A stretch of DNA of 33,732 nucleotides, taken from IMG/VR virus record IMGVR_UViG_3300044617_001497, positions 1 through 33,732 of that record; one strand, given 5' to 3'. The DNA comes from a virus (Duplodnaviria; Caudoviricetes). The stretch's first letter is position 1. Each line of letters starts with the position of its first letter. Below the pieces are notes generated by a model. The model worked only from the letters and a program-made list of their open reading frames with translations. It was not told the DNA's origin and made no database searches. A program made the translations under genes and the position numbers. Positions 10,359 to 20,200 of the stretch are shown here, one piece after another.

Positions 10359-11366
10359 CTACTCTACTTCTTCTTTTTCTGCTTTCAAATCGAAGTCACC
10401 ATCAACTCCGATTATATCTTTCCAATAGTCAGCATATTCTTTTTTATACTTTTCTATTGATGCTTTTTCCTCTGATGGATCTTTGCCTGGTAAAAATCCG
10501 TGTGGAGTCACAATAATCTTTCCGTCTTCAAAACCAAGACCATTGATGTGGTTTTTCATAACCGACACTTTTGTTCTTGAAGCAAACTTTACAGTTCTCT
10601 TGTCTTTTGTTGCGGTGATCTTTGTTGTTCCAGCACCTTTTTGATTACCAAACAAAAATACCAACGAAGAGTTTAACCAAATTGCTTCACCACCTTTTGC
10701 TTTAATTTTTGGTTGTCCAAATGGATTATCCGGTAATTCAACCCAAGGTTGGTTAACAATGATTAAGGTATTTTCATATTTAGAGTCTGCTTTACGAGAT
10801 CCTGAAATACGTTGGTTGATACCCATACCAATTTTGTCGGCTAGAACACTTGCGTTGTGTTGTTTACCTCCTTTACCCTCGTAAGTCATTTTACAAGGAA
10901 CAGAACCCACTGAATCCCACATAATACAAAGAGAATAATCTAATTCACCTTTTTCTTGTGCGTCCAATAGTTCATTAATGTAATCAGTGATTTGTTCAAT
11001 GTATTCAAAGTTATTGTTAAAAAGGAAAAAACCATCCCAAGTTAACTCACCAGTTTCAGTGTCAACCACTTCTTCACATTCAAACCCCATAAGTTTTGAG
11101 TGTTCAAAAGACCATTTTTGTTCTGTAATAATAAACACAGGAAGAATACCTTTCTTTTGAGCGTCTACCGCAGTTTTAATAAGTGCTGTAGTTTTACCAG
11201 TATCGGAGTGACCTAATAACATGTTTAGGTGTCCTACCGCAGGACCTGGTAAACCAACCGCATCCAAAAAATCTGGTCCAAGATCAAAAAATCTTTGAGG
11301 TTTATATTTTGCGTCCGAAGAGAATTTTTTCTTAATCGAACTAAAGTCATTCTTTTTGATTGCCAT
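10359..11366 (-). CDS. recA: RecA/UvsX-like recombinase
   Basis: 335 aa. Walker A GHSDTGKTT, Walker B IMWDSVG, IIVNQ, KGGEAI and KNH motifs. Confidence 0.9.
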   Translation of the reverse strand: MAIKKNDFSSIKKKFSSDAKYKPQRFFDLGPDFLDAVGLPGPAVGHLNMLLGHSDTGKTTALIKTAVDAQKKGILPVFIITEQKWSFEHSKLMGFECEEVVDTETGELTWDGFFLFNNNFEYIEQITDYINELLDAQEKGELDYSLCIMWDSVGSVPCKMTYEGKGGKQHNASVLADKIGMGINQRISGSRKADSKYENTLIIVNQPWVELPDNPFGQPKIKAKGGEAIWLNSSLVFLFGNQKGAGTTKITATKDKRTVKFASRTKVSVMKNHINGLGFEDGKIIVTPHGFLPGKDPSEEKASIEKYKKEYADYWKDIIGVDGDFDLKAEKEEVE

Positions 11367-11587
11367 TATATTTCGTAGATTTTAAAATTATTAATTGTTT
11401 CCAATTTGTCTTTAGCGTTTGTTAGTTGTTCTACTAAATTATCCATTTCTTCAGTATGTTGTGGGTGTTCACCGATACCTACTGGGTTAGTAAAATAAAC
11501 GTACAATCTTGCTTCAGCATCTGCAATTTCTGACTCATATTTTTTTACCAGAGCCTCTTTTAACTTTTCAGCAATAAATGTATTCAT
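11366..11587 (-). CDS. Small phage hypothetical protein (PVGIGEHP motif)
   Basis: 73 aa, predicted helical hairpin with a NPVGIGEHPQ turn that I recognise from T4-like aquatic phages; TAATG overlap couples it to recA. Confidence 0.8.
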   Translation of the reverse strand: MNTFIAEKLKEALVKKYESEIADAEARLYVYFTNPVGIGEHPQHTEEMDNLVEQLTNAKDKLETINNFKIYEI

Positions 11588-11623
11588 AATGTTTTTATTT
11601 AAATATAGACAATATATTTGTAC

Positions 11624-12313
11624 TTATAAAGTGGTTTTTTCAATTATTTGTTGATAATAATTGGTTTGAAAGTTTGGTTTTAAAATAATGTTCCCGGTAT
11701 TATGTCTTGTCATTGAATCCACTTTTTCATACATAAGTTTGGTATCTATATTTCCCATTCCAGATACATGATATGTTGACATTCCCCACCTATAAATCAT
11801 TGTGGGTTTACCGTTACTTTCATATATTCTAGCATTTGTTTTATATGTGATATCAAAATCTTCACCAAATGAACTATCTGGAAAACTTATTCTATTTATA
11901 TATTGTTTTGTGTAAACATTACCATTATTAACATTTCCATCTATTTTTTCAAATTTATTATGTAAAAAGAAATAATGTTTTTTTGGTCTATAAATTTCAT
12001 ACCCCGGATTTTCCAAGATAAATTGTTCTGACATTTTCAAAGCATCTTGTGCTAATAAATCATCATCATCTAATCGATAAATAAAATCATATTTACACTG
12101 TTTGAAACCGAATTCAAGTTTTTTTGAAATGTTTGGAAATCTTTCTTGAACGTTAAATATTCTAACTTGTGGGTGATTAAAAGTATAATGAGTATTTGGA
12201 CTATCATTGATAATCACCATCTCACTGTTTTCATTGGATTGTAAAAGAAACGAATGAATCGCTTCTTCTAAAATATGATGTCTTTGATATGTTAAAGTTA
12301 ATACGGAAATCAT
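11624..12313 (-). CDS. Glycosyltransferase family 2 (GT-A fold)
   Basis: 229 aa. ISVLTLTYQR, EMVIINDS, DxD motif RLDDDD, and GED motif. Confidence 0.85.
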   Translation of the reverse strand: MISVLTLTYQRHHILEEAIHSFLLQSNENSEMVIINDSPNTHYTFNHPQVRIFNVQERFPNISKKLEFGFKQCKYDFIYRLDDDDLLAQDALKMSEQFILENPGYEIYRPKKHYFFLHNKFEKIDGNVNNGNVYTKQYINRISFPDSSFGEDFDITYKTNARIYESNGKPTMIYRWGMSTYHVSGMGNIDTKLMYEKVDSMTRHNTGNIILKPNFQTNYYQQIIEKTTL

Positions 12314-12316
12314 GAT

Positions 12317-12344
12317 AATAAAAACCCCAGCCTAAACTGGGGTT
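12317..12344 (-). terminator. Intrinsic terminator downstream of ssb
   Basis: Minus strand AACCCCAG-TTTAGG-CTGGGGTT followed by TTTATT. Confidence 0.75.
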
Positions 12345-12363
12345 ATGAATTGGTTATTAAGTA

Positions 12364-13230
12364 TTAGAATGGTAACTCCTCATCAACCTCGTCGTTTGCT
12401 TGTGGGTCAACAACTTTAGTTTCAGTTTTTGTTTTAGTTCCACCCATAGAAATTTCAGCTTCAGTTGAGTCTCCATAAACATATTTACCAGCGTCAGAGT
12501 CCCATCGTGGAGTTTCACCTCTTGCAATTGCTTCAAGGTACTCGGTTGGTTTTTTAGAATAAACATCTTCCCATGTTAGTTCGTCATTTACCCACTCATT
12601 CATTTGGTCTTTATCATCAGAAACTGGAGTTGGGTCATCATACATAACAGTTTGAATAACTGTGTAGAATGCTCCTTTTGGGGTTTTTGCTTTGGTAAGT
12701 TCCAAAATTAAGTCTCTTCCATTGTCAGCATCTGCGATATCACCTTTTGCTTTGTAGATCGGAATAATTTTGTCGAAAATACCTTCTTGTTTGTAGTTGT
12801 GTTTGAATCGCCAAAATTTAACTCCATCCTGTTCATTATTTCGATCAATAACTTTAACAATATAGAACTTACGTGGTTTGTATTGTTTTGCCAATTCTTT
12901 ATCAGAATCTCTTCCAGTTAACATCAACTCTTCGTAAACCTCACTTAAAGGTGAACGTTCATTGTCATTTTTTCCTGGATCATAGAACTTCTGCCATTTA
13001 CCATCAACAAGAATTTCGTGGAACCACACTTCTTTAAAAGGAGAAGATCCATCTGTTGTTGGTAAAATTCTGATTTTTCGCTGTGCCTGTTTTTCATTAT
13101 CCTTAAGGATTGCTGCGAAATATTTTTTCATTCTTTCTTCTTGAGACATTTTTGAAGTGGAAGAAGAACCACTTTGTTTTGAACTTTCGTACTGAGCCAA
13201 AACTGCATCTAAAACATTGTTTGTCGCCAT
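12364..13230 (-). CDS. ssb: Single-stranded DNA-binding protein, T4 gp32-like
   Basis: 288 aa. IRILP...PFKEVWFH, YIVKVIDR, GRDLIL, and acidic tail DEVDEELPF. Confidence 0.85.
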   Translation of the reverse strand: MATNNVLDAVLAQYESSKQSGSSSTSKMSQEERMKKYFAAILKDNEKQAQRKIRILPTTDGSSPFKEVWFHEILVDGKWQKFYDPGKNDNERSPLSEVYEELMLTGRDSDKELAKQYKPRKFYIVKVIDRNNEQDGVKFWRFKHNYKQEGIFDKIIPIYKAKGDIADADNGRDLILELTKAKTPKGAFYTVIQTVMYDDPTPVSDDKDQMNEWVNDELTWEDVYSKKPTEYLEAIARGETPRWDSDAGKYVYGDSTEAEISMGGTKTKTETKVVDPQANDEVDEELPF

Positions 13231-13261
13231 GTGTAATTAAAAATTAAAAGTTTATGTGTTA

Positions 13262-13290
13262 AGTATAAGTGTATAAAAAGTTATAGTCAA
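13262..13290 (-). promoter_or_regulatory. Sigma70-type promoter for the replication cassette
   Basis: TTGACT-N17-TATACT (5/6 and 5/6 consensus), just downstream of a terminator and about 30 nt upstream of the ssb ATG. Confidence 0.65.
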
Positions 13291-13301
13291 ATAGTGTCGC
13301 C

Positions 13302-13335
13302 AAAAAATTTTAAGGTCTCAATTTGAGACCTTAAA
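13302..13335 (-). terminator. Intrinsic terminator ending the upstream structural transcript
   Basis: 12-bp stem TTTAAGGTCTCA/TGAGACCTTAAA (13309-13335), then ATTTTTT on the minus strand. Confidence 0.8.
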
Positions 13336-13337
13336 TA

Positions 13338-14006
13338 TTAAAATTGTACTTCTTCAGTATCGTCGTCATAGTCACTAAAAGAAGATTTGATTTGGTCTGG
13401 TTGGTATTCTTCCACCTCATCGCTGGTAAGAACATATTCATTTTTTCCAGTTTGTTTCATTTCTTCTTGTTTGTCAACAAAAAAGTCAGAAAGTTTTTGT
13501 TTAAATGGTCCTGAATCCAAACTTCTTAATTCAAGTTTTTCTTCTGGAGTTTTAGGTCTAAACTGATCAAATTTAGCTTCAAGATCGTTGATCTTATTAA
13601 CCAACTGATCCATTTCACCAAGTTTTTGTTCTAGGTTTGAAAGTTGTGAAAATAAATTATTAAAATACTCGTCTTGTTTGTCTCCCATACTTTTTTGACT
13701 ATCAACTAGATCTGTAATATCAATTTCTTCTTCACCGCCTTCTTCACCTCCTATTTCTTCAACATCATCATCTTTTTCAACGTCAATCTCTGTTGTTCCC
13801 GTTGGTGCTGGTGGTGCTCCTGCATCAGGTGCTGGTGGTGCTCCTGCATCAGGTGCTGGTGGTCCTCCAGGTAATGGTTCTTCCAATCCTGCGTCTCCTC
13901 CTGGTGGTGGGGGTGGTAATTCACCCTGTTCCATAATGTATTTATTAATAGAGTTATATCTTTTAATCTCTTCTAATATTTTTTTATCAATATTCATTTT
14001 ATCCAT
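13338..14006 (-). CDS. Acidic, Pro-rich, coiled-coil hypothetical protein (possible head core/scaffold-type)
   Basis: 222 aa. Short N-terminal helix, poly-Pro/PDAGA linker, acidic stretch, heptad region FSQLSNLEQKLGEMDQLVNKINDLEAKF. Function is inferred only. Confidence 0.75.
   Translation of the reverse strand: MDKMNIDKKILEEIKRYNSINKYIMEQGELPPPPPGGDAGLEEPLPGGPPAPDAGAPPAPDAGAPPAPTGTTEIDVEKDDDVEEIGGEEGGEEEIDITDLVDSQKSMGDKQDEYFNNLFSQLSNLEQKLGEMDQLVNKINDLEAKFDQFRPKTPEEKLELRSLDSGPFKQKLSDFFVDKQEEMKQTGKNEYVLTSDEVEEYQPDQIKSSFSDYDDDTEEVQF
13804..13863. repeat. 24-bp in-frame tandem repeat, 2.5 copies (PPAPDAGA)
   Basis: GGTGCTGGTGGTGCTCCTGCATCA at 13804 and 13828, plus a half copy at 13852. Confidence 0.95.
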
Positions 14007-14226
14007 TTAATAATGTTTTTATACCAGATTTGGTTTCTACTTGAATTTTTTTGAATGTTTTCATTGTGTTGTCAACTCTTTCAATCAATCCATCTCTCAT
14101 TCTTACTGTATAACAATCTCCAGTATCTAGGTCGCAAACTTCTTTAGTTCCATTACCCATATCTTTTTCGGAAACTCTTGTGTTTTTACCAAGATAATTG
14201 TCTAATATCATTTTAGTATTGCTCAT
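13999..14226 (-). CDS. Hypothetical protein
   Basis: 75 aa, TATTTAT 13 nt upstream, stop overlaps the start of the 222-aa gene. Confidence 0.75.
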   Translation of the reverse strand: MSNTKMILDNYLGKNTRVSEKDMGNGTKEVCDLDTGDCYTVRMRDGLIERVDNTMKTFKKIQVETKSGIKTLLNG

Positions 14227-14239
14227 ATGTTTTTTTTAT

Positions 14240-14246
14240 ATAAATA
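14240..14246 (-). promoter_or_regulatory. TATTTAT putative phage promoter element
   Basis: 13 nt upstream of ATG 14226; second copy at 14254-14260. Confidence 0.5.
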
Positions 14247-14264
14247 TATCATAATAAATAAAAA

Positions 14265-17200
14265 TTATTGATTCTTGAATTTAGAAACAAAATATCCTAT
14301 TACATTTTCAACTTTTTCTTCTAATTTTTTCTTATCGGCTTGAGCCAAATCGTCCCACACCTTATCTTCCAAATTAGATGTCCATAATAGAACGTTTGCC
14401 TTTGCCAACTTTTCTTTATAACTATTGTCGTCATATTTGTAACTACCAATTGCAATTACTTTTGCTTTGAATTTAGAAATAAAGAATTCGACAAACTTTT
14501 CAAACGAGTCAAATGATGCGTATGGAACATTTTTCTTTTGTCCCTTGTCGGCACAGAAGTACTTTTTATTAAAGTACGTTTGTGAGTCACCCCAAGGGTT
14601 TATGTCTAATGTTACACTAGCATAATTATGGTCATAAGATTTAAATGTTATTCCGGACCCAGTTTCTATAGATAAAGTTGCTAATATAAAATCAAATAAT
14701 TTATCTTTGTTTTGTGAACTTAAAGATTGTTTTTCAACTTGTTCGTTAATAACCTCAATTGCCTTATCGAAAGTAATTTTAGTTTCAACTGGAGTTTTGT
14801 TTGTGTATGATTCAAAAACTTTAACCAAATTTTCAGAACAATTTTGATTGGCCGTTGGTTGTATATTTGATGAATTGGCTCTATTAATTATTTCAGATTT
14901 TTGAGCCAATATATTATTTTGTTCTTGTATTTTCTTATCTTGTTCTTCAATTCTTTCCTGTATTGATTCTAATATTTTTGTTGTCAAAGATTGGAGTAGG
15001 TTATCAATTGCTGGAATACTATAGAAAGGTTGTCTTTGACCTTCAATAGTCGTATCAAAACCATTCTCACTAATTCTATGACTGACATGAGTAATCATAT
15101 AAGGTCCAGCAAACATAGGTATATTTCTCAAATTAAAATACATTGTTGGTTGTATAAGTGCGTTACCCATCATATCTATAGTACATTTATAACTTCTGTT
15201 TTTATAAACGTTATATAGTGAAGCGCTTTGTGATGCTCCAGATCTATTTCGATATAGGTTGGCCATTTGAGTTAACATTTGTTCAGACTCCGCGGTTGGT
15301 TTTCCTGGGTCTTGAGCAATATCAAGACTTTTAAATATTTGCTGGTTTTGTGGTCCAAAATCTACGTTAAACCCAACAACTTTATTTGATTTATCCCAGT
15401 TAGTTTTTCCTTCTTGATTTTCTAAAAGTGGGTTGTCAGATGCCCTTCTTAAATCAAAAGCATCATCTCTATATCTATAATCAATGTTATCATTCATCGC
15501 CAAATGTGTACTTGGTACAAAAGAATAAACGGCCAAATATTTGGCTGTGGTTTCTCGATAATCAACATTTAAAAATGTCCCAAACAAAGTGTTTGCAAAT
15601 TCTAAAGTTCCTTCAGGTCTTGGTGTTGGGTTTTTGGATGCGTCTTGTACATTATAAAAATTAGCATAAGATGGGAGTATAAATGATGTAAATCTATTAT
15701 CTCTAAATATTGTTTCAACAATACCTAACATTGTATTTTTATAATCCATATATTCAATCAAGTCCTTTGCTTTGAATATATCTACATATATTTTTTGACC
15801 TATATCTCTACTAGCCCTATCAACAGTTAATACGTCCTCAAATAAAGTTTTGGTTTTGAAATCCCCTCCTGATATCCATTTATCATTAATTCCCTTTAAA
15901 GTCTCCCACAACTCAAGTCTGGTTTGTTCACCTTCAAATTCTGTATATTTTACCCCAGGATTTTCAGTGGTAACATTAATAGGACCTATTTTCGCTTTAA
16001 CCTTTGTGATTATATCACCAAGAATTAAGTTTATATAAGAATCACTACTAGTTTTATAACTTGTCATTCCAGAGAAAAACTTATCTTGATTCATTGTTGG
16101 GTCAGTTAGCTTTGCTTGAGCATATATTTTAATTATAGGTGCAAATAATTTAACATTATTTTCATTAAAATTCATATTCATGTCAACAAAGAAATCTGTT
16201 ATATATGAACCATTGTCGCTATATTTTAATTGTGGTATTTCTGAAAAACCTACATATGTTTCTAAAGATGCCCAAGTTTGTGGATTTGATGATTTTGACA
16301 CCGCCAAAGTCGTAGTACCTCCGCTTGTTGGTAAACTATTTTGAACATAAGTTTCCCATGTGTATGGATCTACTATATTTTGTGGTGCAAAACTGTAAAA
16401 CAATTTTCTATCAAAACTTGAAGGGTTACCGTACTTGAAAGTAATCTTATAATTCATAAACTCGTCAATTAGTTTTTGAATGTTTGTTTTTTGATCTTCA
16501 GTTATTTTTGTGACTAATGTAGATCCTGATAGATTAGATGGTTTAGGTATTACAAACATCTCTCTCATTAATGCTTGGAAATTTTCATTTCTTTGTTCTA
16601 TCTGGGTATCTTCTTTTCTAGGTACTGTAATACTTTCAAAATCATAAATTGATTTACTGAAGTTTAAAAAGTGAGTTTCAAAAAGGTCTAGAATTTCCGG
16701 AGTGAACGTTGTAAATAACTCATCAATTTTAGAATATTTACTTGAATCTCCGTGTAATGAATAATTTTCTTGCCATTCAGTGTTGTTTAAAATTTGTTTT
16801 GTATATTCGTCTGGTTTTGGTTTTGTAATTTTACTAACATCAAAATATCCATATTGTGGTGCTTTCCAAAATAGTCTAACAGAACCATTATGTAATGCGG
16901 GATTATTTTGTAAATTAATAGTCTGTGTCCCAGCTTGATTGAAACATTCTTGACTTGCCTGATTAACGTTAGATCCCAATGATGGTAATGCAAATGCGGA
17001 TTGACCGTCGTCGGATAAAACATAACAACTCCAAGGATAAACCGTTAATGATCTATTTGGGTTTAAAATATCAAATCCTTGAGGTTTTACAATTACAGAT
17101 GAATTACTCAAAACCATTTTGAAATTTGTATTTAAAGCGTTTTGAATGTCTTGATTTGAATACCCTCCGATTGCCTTGTTTGTAACAACAAAATTCTTAA

Positions 17201-20200
17201 TACCAGTATTTGCATTATTTTGAATTGGTGTTGTTATATATAAACCAGAACCTCCAGTTGTTCCGGAAACTTGACTAACAATAATTGTGTTCAATGCCAA
17301 GGTTGATCCGGACAGAGCGGTTCCTGGTGTTATAGAGTTAGAAGATGTGTTAACTATTTCTACTTTATCTCCAGAAACAAAATAAGTTCCGGTGATTGTT
17401 CCTGTTTGTTTGAAGATACTTTTACCCTGAAAGAACACATTGAAGTCATTAATAAGTTTCGGGTAAAATCCTGTGGTAATCTGATTGAGATTTGCCGATA
17501 TATTTTGAGTGTTTTTATCTAAAACAATATCATAATTTTGACCATCAACTATTACTTGATATGTTGTTGTGGGTGATTGTGTACTAGGATCATAGTTATC
17601 CAAGTAGTCCGTATTTTTCCAAACCGAATCTAAAAAATCAACTCCTGTGGATTTGAATGTCTTATACCTATTCCATATAGATCCGTATTTTAAAACCCAC
17701 GAATATGGTAAATTATGAATTGCTGCAAACTTTTTAAATGATGGTAATATATAACTTAAATTGGTTATAGAATTATCCGAGTTTAATTTTTTATATTTTT
17801 CTTTTAACGTTGCGAGTGGTAAACTATTCAAAAATAAGTAAGCCGCTGCTTTATATGGTGATTTATCAGCCAAATTATACCTAAAGTTTTGAATACCTTC
17901 TTGTATTGCATTTGCGAAGAATGGTGTGTTGAATATTGATGTTGTCTGTTCGTTATAAACATTACCACTATAATTCACATAAAATATTGATCCTTCGGTT
18001 GCATATTGTTCTTCTATAATTCTTCCCTTATAAAAGCTTGTTAAATTTTGTAAATTTAAAACTTGATCAAATGTTTTAGTTTTGTAATTAAAATTTGAAA
18101 TTGGTGAAATATCATCTTTATTACTTATAACTTTGTTATCTGTTCTATATTTTAAAGTGTCACTAGTTTTGAACGTATCGACACTTGACTGAACGGAATT
18201 ACCATTTGCCAAATAATTTTTACACCAGTTTAGATCTGTTAGTGGGTATAAATCTGTGAAGTCATATTCTTCATTTATAATATCTCCACCAAAGAATGAT
18301 TCCACGGGAGCGTTATTTTCTAAACCTAATTTAGGAACTGATGTATTATCTTGCAGTATGTCAGACTTATATAAAGCATATGAAACATTAGTATCATTTT
18401 TAATATATGGTGTGTTAAAAATACCTCTTTCGTAATTGTTCCATGATGATCCTTTACCGTCATTTGATATTTGTTTCAAATATGATTGGTAAACTGGTGC
18501 ATTAATATTCAATTCTTTAATTTTTTTAGATAGAATTGGATTACTGGTTCCTAATGCCGTCATCATATTTGTAACTTCAGACTCAACAACTGAAGTTTGT
18601 ATGTTATTTATTGTGATTGATTTTCTGTTGAATTTTGAATAATAAGAGTTTAAAATCATTCTCTCATATATTTCATAAAAGAATTTTACTTCTTCTGTAT
18701 TAGAATAAACGTCATTACCAATTGTAAATTCAATTGCGTTGAAACTGAATCTTTGTGGTTGAGTTAAATCATTATTTGCATCTCCAAAGTCAAATTGTGG
18801 GTTTTCTCTTTCGACATAACCTCTTAAAAATTCTTCAACAAACTGAACTTCCGGCCAAATTTCAGGAACAAAAGCATTTATTTTATTTGCCAAAACATAA
18901 TCACCAGGATATTTTAATTCGTACTTTTCTTTACCGTCAATTAAATTTTCAACAATAAGTTGAGGCCATGGATAAATAACTTGATTTGTTTCATTGTATT
19001 TGTAATCAACACTTTTCTGTGTTGATCCTGAATCAAAAATCGCTCTTTTTCTATTTTCGTCATCTCTTAAAGTCCACGCAACTGTGTGAACATCATCCAT
19101 CAATCTTAAAAAGGCTTCTCCTTGTGCAAAAAATACTGCTAATATATTTTTAATAGTTGGCTCAAACCCCAAACCATTATTTTTATCTTTAAACTGTTCT
19201 GTTATTTGTTTGGTTAACCCTTCCTCTATTTCTTGTTTTTTGGCAATAAACTTTTCATCATTCTTTTTAATAAGGTCTTGGAAGGAATTTGGTCCCGTAA
19301 AAAATAATAATCCTGGGTAATTTGTTAATTTGTTTCCGTTTATTATTTCTTCTTGAATTGTTTTTTTGGATGTATCATATTCTTGGGAACCGATTTCTAA
19401 TTGTTTTCCCGTTCTTTTATATAAAGTTTCTCCAATATTGATATCACCTAATGTTACTTTTTTGAAAAAGGTTTCAATCTTGACTGGGATATTACCCAAA
19501 TCTTTTCCTACCGCTTTGTTTGCTTGTAACTCGTTCAAGTATTTTTTTAGAATACCATCTAATTCGGTTATCGCTTCGTTTTGTTTTTGGATATCGCTAA
19601 ACTCGGGCTTAAACTTATATAATATCGTTTTGTCTGTATTATTTTGAATGAATATATTTTCATAATCTAACCATTTTCTTGACCAAACACTTGTTGATGA
19701 TGCCAAGTAAACATCTTTAGAGAAGTCCGCAAGTTTTTCAGAATATAATTTTAAATCATTAAGTACATCTAGATTTTTTTTTCTAAAGTTGTTTTCTATG
19801 TTTGTGATTAGTTGACCTAATCTTTTTTTCAATTCTAAAATTGTAATCTCTGGAAATGTTTCATCAATTAATCCTTTAGCTTTATACTCCGAATACAATT
19901 CTTTCATTTTTTGGTATCCACCGCTACTGTATTTAACAGAAGTGTTCGTACTACTATTAGAAGAATTGGTACTTTGTGTATTTGCGGAATCAATTTTGAT
20001 TCGATACATTTGAGGGACTGCCATAATTTGACCCCAAGTAACATCCGCCAATACCGTATATTTGTAGGTGTAAAACTTACATTGTATTCTAAAATTATGA
20101 GTTGATGGATCAAAACTTGCGTTGAACGTCTGTAACATTAATGGTATTCTTACTGCCTTCCCTAGATAACCTTTTATTGTTAAATGAAATAGTGGATATG

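Noticed and set aside
5554-11366. Introns or inteins in nrdJ, helicase or recA
   Set aside because: All three are uninterrupted and of normal length with no intein motifs; the HNH gene lies outside nrdJ.
13804-13863. CRISPR-like or regulatory repeat
   Set aside because: Head-to-tail in-frame coding repeat without spacers.
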